Assembly: GCA_046350905.1 (NCBI GenBank)
Contig: JAXLZN010000005.1
Coordinates: forward strand, 1 to 59,589
Direction: 5' to 3'
Source: Candidatus Anderseniibacteriota bacterium
GTDB lineage: Bacteria > Patescibacteriota > JAUYIX01
Length of the DNA stretch: 59,589 nt
Shown here piece after piece: positions 1 through 8,900 of this stretch. The notes beneath the pieces are model-generated. The model was not told where the DNA came from. It searched no databases and worked only from the letters and a program-made list of their open reading frames with translations. Both the position numbers and the translations under genes were made by a program. Numbering within the stretch: position 1 is the stretch's first letter; every line of letters starts with the position of its first letter.

Positions 1-2252
1 TCATCTGCGGTTGGCTTGTGCCGAGGCCGCTCTACGATCTGGTGGGCAAGCTCTTCGCGGTAGCGCGCCATGATCTGAATCGAGTAGTCGATTCCCAAAC
101 CTACCGCCAGCACTGCTACGGTCGCATTGAGCGGCGTGAGTTCGATCCCCAGGACTGGGAGGACTCCCATGCCGATAGCGGCCCCGAAGATAGTGGGCAG
201 CGAGGTAATCAGCCCGGTCACCAAGCTGCGGTACAGGATTGAGAGCAGCACAATAATGAAAACCCCGGTCACGATGCTGGCCACGGTGGCAGAGTTCATG
301 CTGTCGTTGAGAGTCAGGGAGAGTGCCAGGAACTCACCTGCAACCTGCACGTGGTAGTCAGGCAAAAAAGGAGCAGCGGTGGCCTCGAGCTCGCTGTACA
401 TCTCCTTGATGCGCTTGGAGTCGGAGAGCTTTGGCCAGAACTTGACGACGGTGGCGTCGTAGCGGGGCTGGCCCTCCTCCGGCTGTGGATTTTGGTGTAC
501 CAACCTACCGAATAGCTCACGCGCGGTGGTACCGAGCACCCGGTTCACTACCAGGTCGCTGCTCTTGACCTGGTCAAAGAATGCACTGCGGTCCGTGGGA
601 ATGCTCTCGGGCAAGAAGAGTCCCGTGAAGTACCGTAGCGACTCGACGTTGACCTTGCCCTGAATGTGCTCCACGTCTTGGAAGCTGTCGAGCTTGGCCT
701 CGAGCGCCTGGACCAGCTCGTCGGCGCGAGGGTTGAGGATGTCGCCGTGGATCACGACGTAGTGCGGTTCAAAGACCGAGAAGTGCTGCTGCTCAAACTG
801 GTACGCCCCGTAGGTCGGAAAGTCCCTGGCCATGTAGGTGGTGGGCCGGTGGTTGCGGTCGATGCGTGTGATCATGAAGCACGCTCCCGCAAGGAGCAGG
901 AGCGCGGTGACCGCTACGAGCACTCGCCGGCGGCGCAACCACCAGTAGACGCGCTGCCCCCAGTAGAACTCACGTTCGTGGCTGCCTCGACCCGCACCCT
1001 GTTCGGGCGTTGCTCTTACCGTGCTTGGGTGCTCACTCGCCCGGCGACCGTGCAGCACCAGGAGCGCCCCGCCGAGCAGGTAGGTGAGCACAAAAGCAGC
1101 CGCAATACCGAGCACGAGCAGGTACGTGTACTCTCGGATCGGCCGCAGGTTGGAGGTGACCATGTCGGCTACAAAGGCCGCTACGTTGATGAGGGTGGTC
1201 AGGGCAGCCGCCGCACCGGCGGTGACAAAGACGGTCCGCGCAGCTTCGCGGCGGGTGTGCTGCGAGGCTTCCTCACGGTAGCGTTCGCTCAGGTGGATGA
1301 GGTTATCAATGGTCTGGCCAAGCAAGAGCGGAATGGGAACAACTGCCAAGAACGTGAAGGTGCGTGACCAGGTCAACGAGGCAAGACCGTACGACCAGAC
1401 CAGCATTACACCCAAGACCAGCAGCGGCATCCAGACAAAGAACCAGCTCCGCGAGGCTCGCCAGAGCAGGAGAGCAAGTAGGGCAACCATGAGGGCCGTG
1501 ACGAGGAGGCTGTTGGTTTTTACGCGGTGGTCGGCTTCGTTGACGACCAAGCCGGCAGAGTAGAGCCGGACGGTGAGGTGCTGCTGCGCGCTACGGGCGT
1601 AATCTCGAATGGCAGCGAGCACCTTGGTGGTCGCGGCTTCGTCCATCGGCTCGCGCGGCACAATGGTAGCGCGCACCGCTGAGATCTTTGGGATGGCGAC
1701 CGGCGATGTTCCGAGCACCCCGGCGCCCAAGCTGTTGAAGTACCCAACGATCCCGAGCGTGTCGATGGCTTCGGGGTCCGAGAGACCCTTACGTGCAAAG
1801 CGCTCAAACTCGTAGGGGTCGGTTCGCCACAGGTCGTAGACCAGACGCTGGATCAGATCGGGGTCGCTGAGCGAACCCACGTGCAGCGCAGCACCGTTGC
1901 GACGAGTGCTCGAGAGGCGTCGGTTGAGCACGGTCGTCAGGCTCTCGACGTTCACCGGCCAGCGGCGTTGGATCTCTGTGAACAGCTGGTCCTGCTCGCG
2001 GATCAGTGCGGGGTCGAGTAGGCTGTACCCTTCGGGAGCCTGGACCGTCACGTGTACAGTCGCCGGGTCGGGCAGCTCCTGCGTGGCGTAGGTAAACGGC
2101 TCAATGTACTTGGGGTAGAACAGGTCGCTCGTCTTAGTAGCCACGTCGGTACGCACCACCAGCAACGCACCGAGTACCACAGTCAGGCTGAGGACGCCGG
2201 CGACAATCTGGCGCGGGTAGCGCTCGACCAGTGCAAACAGTCGCTCGAACAT
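1..2252 (-). CDS. MMPL/RND-family transporter, 3' end runs off the window
   Basis: Hand translation of large parts (absent from the ORF track, consistent with no in-frame stop inside the window): MFERLFALVERYP..., two TM bundles with LGQTIDNLIHLSERYREE and AVGLGIDYSIQIMARYREE motifs separated by large soluble loops. Start at 2252 chosen because TAGGAT lies 7 nt upstream; alternative ATG at 2261. Confidence 0.85.
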   Translation of the reverse strand, partial: MFERLFALVERYPRQIVAGVLSLTVVLGALLVVRTDVATKTSDLFYPKYIEPFTYATQELPDPATVHVTVQAPEGYSLLDPALIREQDQLFTEIQRRWPVNVESLTTVLNRRLSSTRRNGAALHVGSLSDPDLIQRLVYDLWRTDPYEFERFARKGLSDPEAIDTLGIVGYFNSLGAGVLGTSPVAIPKISAVRATIVPREPMDEAATTKVLAAIRDYARSAQQHLTVRLYSAGLVVNEADHRVKTNSLLVTALMVALLALLLWRASRSWFFVWMPLLVLGVMLVWSYGLASLTWSRTFTFLAVVPIPLLLGQTIDNLIHLSERYREEASQHTRREAARTVFVTAGAAAALTTLINVAAFVADMVTSNLRPIREYTYLLVLGIAAAFVLTYLLGGALLVLHGRRASEHPSTVRATPEQGAGRGSHEREFYWGQRVYWWLRRRRVLVAVTALLLLAGACFMITRIDRNHRPTTYMARDFPTYGAYQFEQQHFSVFEPHYVVIHGDILNPRADELVQALEAKLDSFQDVEHIQGKVNVESLRYFTGLFLPESIPTDRSAFFDQVKSSDLVVNRVLGTTARELFGRLVHQNPQPEEGQPRYDATVVKFWPKLSDSKRIKEMYSELEATAAPFLPDYHVQVAGEFLALSLTLNDSMNSATVASIVTGVFIIVLLSILYRSLVTGLITSLPTIFGAAIGMGVLPVLGIELTPLNATVAVLAVGLGIDYSIQIMARYREELAHQIVERPRHKPTAD

Positions 2253-2321
2253 CTCGGGCATCCTAGCAGACGAGGCACCGCACCCCAGTTGGCTGCGAGC
2301 GGCACCTGCCGCCTACACGAC

Positions 2322-3005
2322 CTACCCCTTGTAGGCGACCTTGACTGCCGGACCCATTGTCGAGGCCAGGGTCACAGACTTGATGTAGACGCTCTTGATC
2401 GTCTTGGGTTTGGCAGACTTGATCGCCTCGAGGGCCGCGTCTACGTTCTTGACCAGGTCCTCCAGGGCAAAGGACTTCTTGCCGACCGGCAGGTGCACGC
2501 TGCCGTACTCGTCGTTCTTGAAGTTGGCCTTGCCGGCCTTGATCGCCTTGACCATGCGCGTGACGTCGGGACCGACCGTCTCAGTCTTGGGGTTGGGCAT
2601 CAGGCCGCGCGGGCCGAGCACCTTGGCCACCCGTCCGAGCTTGGGCATCATGTCAGGGGTCGCGACCAGCACGTCAAAGGCAATCTTGCCCTTGGTGATC
2701 TCGTCGATGATGTCCTGGCCGCCGACTAGGTCGGCGCCAGCGGCCTTGGCTTCGGCCTTCTTGGCGTCGCTGACCACTGCCGCAACCTTGACGTCCTTGC
2801 CGGTACCGGCCGGGAGCGCGACCGAGCCGCGCACGGTCTGGTCAGACTGCTTGGCGTCGACGCCGAGCCGCACGTGCAGCTCGACCGTCGCGTCGAACTT
2901 TTCGTTGCTCTTGTCTTTTACAAAGGTGAGCGCGTCCTTGACCGCGACCGGCTCCTTGGGAGCGGCTGCCACGAGGGCTTTGTAGCGTTTGCTGGTGTGA
3001 GCCAT
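2322..3005 (-). CDS. rplA: 50S ribosomal protein L1, copy A (intact)
   Basis: 227 aa; KFDATVELHVRLGVD, ATPDMMPKLGRVAKVLGPRGLMPNPKT, STMGP motifs. Confidence 0.99.
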   Translation of the reverse strand: MAHTSKRYKALVAAAPKEPVAVKDALTFVKDKSNEKFDATVELHVRLGVDAKQSDQTVRGSVALPAGTGKDVKVAAVVSDAKKAEAKAAGADLVGGQDIIDEITKGKIAFDVLVATPDMMPKLGRVAKVLGPRGLMPNPKTETVGPDVTRMVKAIKAGKANFKNDEYGSVHLPVGKKSFALEDLVKNVDAALEAIKSAKPKTIKSVYIKSVTLASTMGPAVKVAYKG

Positions 3006-3015
3006 GACGTGCGAA

Positions 3016-3435
3016 CTACTTTACGTTGAGGCCCATGCTGCGGGCGGTGCCCTCGACGATCTTCATCGCGGCGTCGACGTCGTTGGCGTTGAGGTCCTTG
3101 AGCTTGAGCTCGGCGATCTTCTTGACGTCCGCCTTGGAGACCGTGCCGACCTTGGCCTTGTTGGGTTCGCCCGAACCCTTGGCAACCTTGGCAGCCTTCT
3201 TGAGCAGCTCGGCGGCCGGCGGCGTCTTGAGGACAAAGGTAAAGCTGCGGTCCTCAAAGATCGTCACCACCACGGGAATGATGTTGTTTTCGCTGCGAGT
3301 CTTGTCGTTGAACTGCTTGGTGAAGTCCGGCAGGTTGATGCCCTGGGGACCCAGCGAGGTCGCGACCGGCGGGGCAGGCGTGGCCTTCCCGGCGGGGAGC
3401 TGCAGCTTAACGATGGCTTTGATTTTCTTGGGCAT
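3016..3435 (-). CDS. rplK: 50S ribosomal protein L11, copy A (intact)
   Basis: 139 aa; [35 protein letters not shown] motifs; lies between nusG and rplA. Confidence 0.99.
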   Translation of the reverse strand: MPKKIKAIVKLQLPAGKATPAPPVATSLGPQGINLPDFTKQFNDKTRSENNIIPVVVTIFEDRSFTFVLKTPPAAELLKKAAKVAKGSGEPNKAKVGTVSKADVKKIAELKLKDLNANDVDAAMKIVEGTARSMGLNVK

Positions 3436-3471
3436 GGTGGTGGAGTGGGGCGAACGTCCGCTCTAGCTACC

Positions 3472-4017
3472 TTAAATTTTCTTAATCTGCAAGAAGTCGA
3501 GCTCGACTGGGGTCTCGCGGCCGAACATGTTGACCAGGACCTTGACCTGGCCCTTCTCTTCGTTGACCGAGGAAACCTTGCCGTCGAAGTCCTTGAACGG
3601 CCCGTCCTGGATCTTGACCGCATCGCCTGCCTTAACGTCGATCTTGTACTTGGGCTCGGCGACACCCATGCGCTTCTGGAGCTTTTCAACCTCTTCGCGT
3701 GCAACGGGGGTCGGGATCGTGCCGCTGCCCACAAAGCCGGTCACGCTCGGCGTGTTGCGCACGACGTACCAGGAGTCGTCCGTCACGATCATCTCGACCA
3801 GCACGTAGCCGGGAAAAATCTTTTCCTCGACCGTGACGCGCTTGCCGGCCTTAATTTTGATCTTCTTTTCCTTGGGGATCAGGATGCTGAAGATCTTGTC
3901 CTGCATGTCGAGCGACTCAATGCGCTGCTTGAGGTTGCGCGCAACGTTCTCTTCGTACCCCGAGTAGGTGTGGAGTACGTACCAGTTGCGTTCCTTCTTG
4001 CCGAGTTGGCGAGCCAT
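3472..4017 (-). CDS. nusG: Transcription termination/antitermination factor NusG, copy A (intact)
   Basis: 181 aa; [45 protein letters not shown]. Confidence 0.99.
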   Translation of the reverse strand: MARQLGKKERNWYVLHTYSGYEENVARNLKQRIESLDMQDKIFSILIPKEKKIKIKAGKRVTVEEKIFPGYVLVEMIVTDDSWYVVRNTPSVTGFVGSGTIPTPVAREEVEKLQKRMGVAEPKYKIDVKAGDAVKIQDGPFKDFDGKVSSVNEEKGQVKVLVNMFGRETPVELDFLQIKKI

Positions 4018-4124
4018 TGCGGGTGGATGCTGCGCGGAAATGCCGCGGTTCTAAAAAACCCCCGGCGGGGGCACGGCGGGACCATACTACAAGCCCGCCC
4101 GAGGTGCAAGGGGCGTAGGCGAAC

Positions 4125-4158
4125 AAAAGAAAGAGGGCCTGGATTGCTCCGGGCCCTC
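4125..4158 (-). terminator. Intrinsic terminator downstream of LysM gene A
   Basis: Minus strand GAGGGCCCGGA-GCAA-TCCAGGCCCTC followed by TTTCTTTT; near-identical copy at 11544-11576. Confidence 0.8.
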
Positions 4159-4199
4159 GATGGATGTGAACCGCGGCGGCGGTTCTCGTGTGTCGCTGG

Positions 4200-5255
4200 C
4201 TAGCTGCCGGCATCCTGCTCCGGCTCATCACGCTGGACGAACACTCCGTGGGTGACCTCGGCGAGCTCGGAGAGCTGCCGTGGATCACGCTTGGTCTCAC
4301 GTAGGTAGCTGACTACCACGGGCGGCATGCCCTCGGTCATGTGCTGCCAGCCCCGGCGCCACTCGCCCTGCTGCCGCGTGACCACCACGATGCCGGCTGG
4401 GTGTGGATCCGCCGCCCGCCAGATGGTGTCCATCACAACAAAGCGGTCGTTGTCGACCTCCTCACGGTCGACCACCCAGCGATCACCGCCGGTCCTGAAC
4501 GTGGTCCAGGTACCGTCGCCAAAGTACACAATGGCGCTGACGGTCTTGCCTGCTACGCGGACCGCCTGGGCAAACTGCCGGGCCGCCTCGGCGCACTCCG
4601 CGCAGTCGGGATCTTCGTCGACGACGATGGCAACCGTGTCGCCCTCGACGACCGTGAGCGCCTCGGCCACTGATGCAGGTGCATCGTCGGTAAGCGGCAG
4701 CTGGAGCGTCGCGCCGATGAGGTGTTCTTCCCCGGCGTCGAGCTGGCCAAAGTCGTAGCCCGCTTTCTGCGAGAGTCCTGCCATGCGTGCGACGTCGCGG
4801 CGATCCCAGCAGTCTTGCCGTAGCAACTGCTGGACCCAGTTACGCTCGACCTGGTCGAGTTTGTCCAAGGCCTGTTGGTAGCGCCGGTGCTGGCCGCGCC
4901 CCTCGTAGGCGTCTCGGACGACCTTTTCATTGGCCAGCAGCAGCTCAACGGGCGAGAGGCTGTACTGGGCCGCGATACCTTGCAACGTGTCACGGCTCTG
5001 CACGAGGTACGAAGCAGCTACGTGCACGACGTGCTCCTCTGCATCCGGCACGAGAGCGGTGACAGCCGGCGCTGGGGGTGCAGGCACTGGCGTTGCACTG
5101 GGCACGGGCGGCACGGTAGCCACCGGTGTCGGGGTAGGGATTGGGGTGGGCAACGATCCACCGTTCCATGCTTCAGGGTTGGAACGGCACCCCGCTAGAC
5201 CAACGAGAAAAAACGTGGCCGCGAGCAGCGCGGCGGAGAGGGTGCGTGGGTACAT
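4200..5255 (-). CDS. Lipoprotein with LysM-like domain and C-terminal alpha/beta (vWA-like?) domain, allele A
   Basis: 351 aa; lipobox LAG-C, Pro/Thr linker, SRDTLQGIAAQYSLSPVELLLAN LysM signature, VDEDPDCAEC segment after a hydrophobic strand. Confidence 0.7.
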   Translation of the reverse strand: MYPRTLSAALLAATFFLVGLAGCRSNPEAWNGGSLPTPIPTPTPVATVPPVPSATPVPAPPAPAVTALVPDAEEHVVHVAASYLVQSRDTLQGIAAQYSLSPVELLLANEKVVRDAYEGRGQHRRYQQALDKLDQVERNWVQQLLRQDCWDRRDVARMAGLSQKAGYDFGQLDAGEEHLIGATLQLPLTDDAPASVAEALTVVEGDTVAIVVDEDPDCAECAEAARQFAQAVRVAGKTVSAIVYFGDGTWTTFRTGGDRWVVDREEVDNDRFVVMDTIWRAADPHPAGIVVVTRQQGEWRRGWQHMTEGMPPVVVSYLRETKRDPRQLSELAEVTHGVFVQRDEPEQDAGS

Positions 5256-5352
5256 GAGGTGCTCTCTCTTTCTCCGGGCCGCGCCCGGGGTACAGGTTCG
5301 CTCCCGCGCGGTGCGCCTACAGCGCAGCTAGCTTGGGAATGAACAAGCCGTC

Positions 5353-5381
5353 GTCGTAGCACACGACGGCAGCCAGGTCAA
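5353..5381 (-). promoter_or_regulatory. Sigma70-type promoter of LysM gene A
   Basis: TTGACC-N17-TACGAC; same spacing in copy B (TTGACC-N17-TACCAC, 12796-12824). Confidence 0.6.
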
Positions 5382-5413
5382 GGTGCGCCGCGCGGCGCTT
5401 CTACCGTGTCACG

Positions 5414-5908
5414 CTACGGCGTTGCGTTTGTTGCGTTGCTCTGCGGCTGGTTGCGCGCTTCGTTGGTTGGCTTGGTCGAGTTGCTTGTGGTGTTGCTGCT
5501 GCTAGGCGTCACGATGATGGGCGATACAGCGATAATCTTGTGGTCGTTGCTGCGGTAGATGATCGCTTGGGTGGGGTAGACCAGGAGCGTGTCGCCGTTC
5601 TTGGCGTCCTTGTAAAACGTGGCGTTGGATTGCCGCAGCTTGTCTGCGTCGGTGATGGTCGCGACCGTCGGCTGCTCGCTCGGCAGTAGGATCAGCTTGC
5701 CCACATCGTTGATCATCTGCTGGCTAGCCTCTTGCGCCAGCTTGGTCTGCGCCTCCGGTTGCCGGAGCGAACGGTTGAGCCAGAACATGTACACCAATCC
5801 GGCCGCGAGCACGAGTACCGCGAGCCAGAGTGCAACGAGCATGCCGCGACCGCTCTTTTTTGGAGCAGGTGCCGGCACGGCCGTGGCGGTGGTCGTACGG
5901 TCAGTCAT
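5414..5908 (-). CDS. Single-TM hypothetical membrane protein
   Basis: ORF 5414..5914; ATG at 5908 preferred (TTGACT-N17-TACCGT ends 8 nt upstream); TM helix then VGKLILLPSEQPTVATITD...AIIYRS domain of a kind I associate with CPR genomes. Confidence 0.75.
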   Translation of the reverse strand: MTDRTTTATAVPAPAPKKSGRGMLVALWLAVLVLAAGLVYMFWLNRSLRQPEAQTKLAQEASQQMINDVGKLILLPSEQPTVATITDADKLRQSNATFYKDAKNGDTLLVYPTQAIIYRSNDHKIIAVSPIIVTPSSSNTTSNSTKPTNEARNQPQSNATNATP

Positions 5909-5962
5909 CTGCACCCACGGTACGCGCCGCGGCCGCGCCAGTCAACGCTAGTTGTGGACGGG

Positions 5963-8900
5963 CTAGTAGTACTCACACTTGCTGCCCGCCTTGGCAACGT
6001 TGCCACCAGCGACAGCGACCTCTGATGCGTCGCGCACGGTGACCGTACCGCTGGCAGAGGGCAGCACGTAGCCGCTGATCACGGCGAGGTTCGCTCCGGC
6101 GGCGGAGGTGGCGTTGGCCGCCCCCGGTGAATCGTAGGCTTGGACCATGGCGTTGCGCGTCGAGGTCGTGGCCGTCAGCGTGTACTCCGACTGGTACATC
6201 AGCGCCGTAGTTGCCGGACCGTTGATCGACCAGCGCGAGCCAGTCGTGGTTGCGTTGGTCGTAAAGTAGATCGTGCACTGGAAGCTCGTCAGCGTTCCCG
6301 AGGTCACCGGAAACGCCAGCCCGGTAACGTTAGCGTACGCCGTCGTGGCGTTGGTGACGTCCGCGCCGAGCGTGACGAGGGTACGCTCGATGCAGTTGGC
6401 CCAGGCCCCGTTTTCAAAGCAGCGGAACTTGCTGGTGCTCGCGCTGTAGTACATCTTGCCGTTGGAACCGGCAGGGTCGCCCGCATCTGATTTTACGTCC
6501 AAGCCGAGGAGGTCTGGCGTGGTCGAACCCGCTCCATCAACACCGAGCTGCAGCGTGGCGCTCGTGCCGCTGCCGGCCGGTTGCAGCGTGATGTTGCCGG
6601 TCACCGAGTCGATCGTCATGCCGCTGTTGCCCTCGAGCGTGAGCGTGCCGGCCGAGGTTTTCCAGGTTGCCCCGGCCGCGGAGGTGATCGTGAGCCCACC
6701 GGTCGTGGTGGACCAGGTCGAGGCCGCGCCACCCGTGAGCGTCAGGGCGCCACTGGAGGTGAACTGCGAAGCCGCCGTCGGGGTGAGGTTCACCGCACCC
6801 GCACCCGTCACGTTAAAGCTGCCGCTCGTCAGCGTGAACGCGATTGGCGTCGCACCGGCAGTGGTGATCGTCGCCCCGTTGTTGTACGCGGTTTGGAGCG
6901 TCGCAGCCCCGGTGGTGTCGCAGTCTTTCCACGCTCCCCCTTCAAAGCAGCGGAACTTACTGGTGCTCGCGCTGTAGTACATCTTGCCGTTGGCGCCCGC
7001 GGGATCACCAGCATCAGACTTGACGTCGAGGCCGAGCAGGTCGGGTGTAGTGGAGCCGGCTCCTCCCACACCGAGCTGGACGGTAGCCGTTGTGCTGCTC
7101 CCCGCCGGCTGCAGCGTCAGGTTGCCGGTGACCGTATTGAGGGTGAGACCACTGTTACCCTCGAGCGTGAGTAAACCCGCCGAAGTTTTCCAGGTTGAGG
7201 CTGCCCCACCGGTCAGGGTCAGCGCCGCCCCGGAGGTAAACTGCGAGGCGGCGGCGGGCGTCAGGTTGACCTCGCCGGCGCCCGACACGTTGAAGTTGCC
7301 GCTCGTGAGGGTAAAGGCGATGGGGTTTGCGGCGGCGGTCGTAATGGTCGCGCCGTTGTTGTAAGCACTCTGCAGCGTAGCCGCAGTTCCAACCTCGTCC
7401 GGGGCGCACTGCCAGTGGTCACCGGTCTCATCCCACTTGAGAATCTGCGTGTCAGCGCAGCCTTGCAGGAGCGCCACACCTGAGGCCAGCACCTCCAAGC
7501 CTGAGCCAGAGTTGGTGGTGCTCGAGAGTGCGTCGGCCGAGGGCGCGACGGTCAGGTCGATGCTGTCGGCGTTGACGACAATGCCGCCGTTGCTGGAGAC
7601 TACCGCGACGGTGGGGGCGGATCCCTCGCCAGAAGCATCACCGGTCAGACCTCCCCCCGCCGTGAGCGTAGCCACGTAGTCTCCCGTCGTCTCACCACCA
7701 AGCGCAACACAGCTGGAGCAGCCCAGGTCAGTTGCCGTGATGGTACCCGAGCCGGAGGTCGTGAGTGAACCACCCGTATCGACAACCAGCGCGCTGGTAT
7801 TGGAGCCAGCCGTGACTTGATCGAACCCCATCAGGCAGGTTGCCCCGCCGGAGATGCACACCGTGCCAGCCTCGTCTGGAAACGTGTAGGTTTTGTCGCC
7901 CGTGAGATCACCGACATCCAGCTGGCCGTAGAATGCGCCGCCCGCCGACTCGAGTACCCTGAGCTCGGAGGAGGCGTTGTTGAGCACCACATCAAACGCG
8001 CCACTCTGCACCCAGTCGGTGGTGAGGTTGCCGAGCGAGACGACGTTCCCCGGCGTTTGCAGTCCGCTCGCAAAGCTAAAGTCAACCGCTGCCGACAGCT
8101 GGACCCACTGGTCCGGTGTTAGGGCGGTCGAAAACACAAACGACACGTTGTGGTAAAAGGCGTTGACGTTTTGCACAAAGACCGCGTCGTTGTTTGCGGC
8201 TACCGTAAACGTGTAGCTGTAGGGTGGCACACCTGGATCCACTACCCCGAGGTTGTTCTTCTGTCCGGTCATCCCACCCGTGGGTGTGGTAGCTGACTTG
8301 AAGGCCACCCCAAACCGATCGCCTGGCACCATTGACTTGATTAAGACCCAGCTCCCAGATTGACACTGGACCAGGTCACCCACGGCAAAGCCTCCCCAGA
8401 CAGCGTTCACAAAGTACCCATCCAAGTTGTTACCGGGGGTGCAGGTCGGGTCTACGACCGCCTCGCCCACCACGTTGATGAGCTCAACGGGCTGCTGCCA
8501 GTTCAACCCAACGGCAAGGTTGTCGACGTAGGTCTTGACCGCGAGCTGCGTGGGGTACTCGGTATTGTTTGCGCCACCGCCGCCGAGGTCTACCGCCGCG
8601 TCCTTGTTGGCAACGTTTTCTGGCGTAAACCCGAGCGCCTCTTGCTTGCTCGTGGTGAGCTGCTGGAGCGCCGACTCTACGTCGTCCGTGACGTAGTACG
8701 TACCAGCATCCACAATCGGCACGTCCCCTGCCGAAACCTGCCCAGCACCGGTCCCAAAATCGATGTTGCTGTCGCCGACCACGCCGACTGCAATACCCGA
8801 TCCGTTGACGACAACGGTGCCGTCCGCGGCCAGGGCAGCCACATCGTCGCTGGTGATCTGCAGCCCGTCACCCACGTTAACGTGCAGAACGTCGGCGGTG

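Larger units (their letters stand above)
2322..5381. repeat. Direct repeat unit A: promoter-LysM-terminator-nusG-rplK-rplA
   Basis: Aligns by eye to 9759..12824; boundaries at the -35 box and the rplA stop. Confidence 0.9.

Noticed and set aside
3436-3471. L1-binding autoregulatory site before rplK
   Set aside because: Could not identify the conserved L1-binding internal-loop motif in this 36-nt spacer.
5256-5345. Known riboswitch (c-di-AMP ydaO, c-di-GMP GEMM) or SRP RNA in the LysM leader
   Set aside because: Their hallmark motifs were not recognisable; kept only as an unknown-motif candidate.
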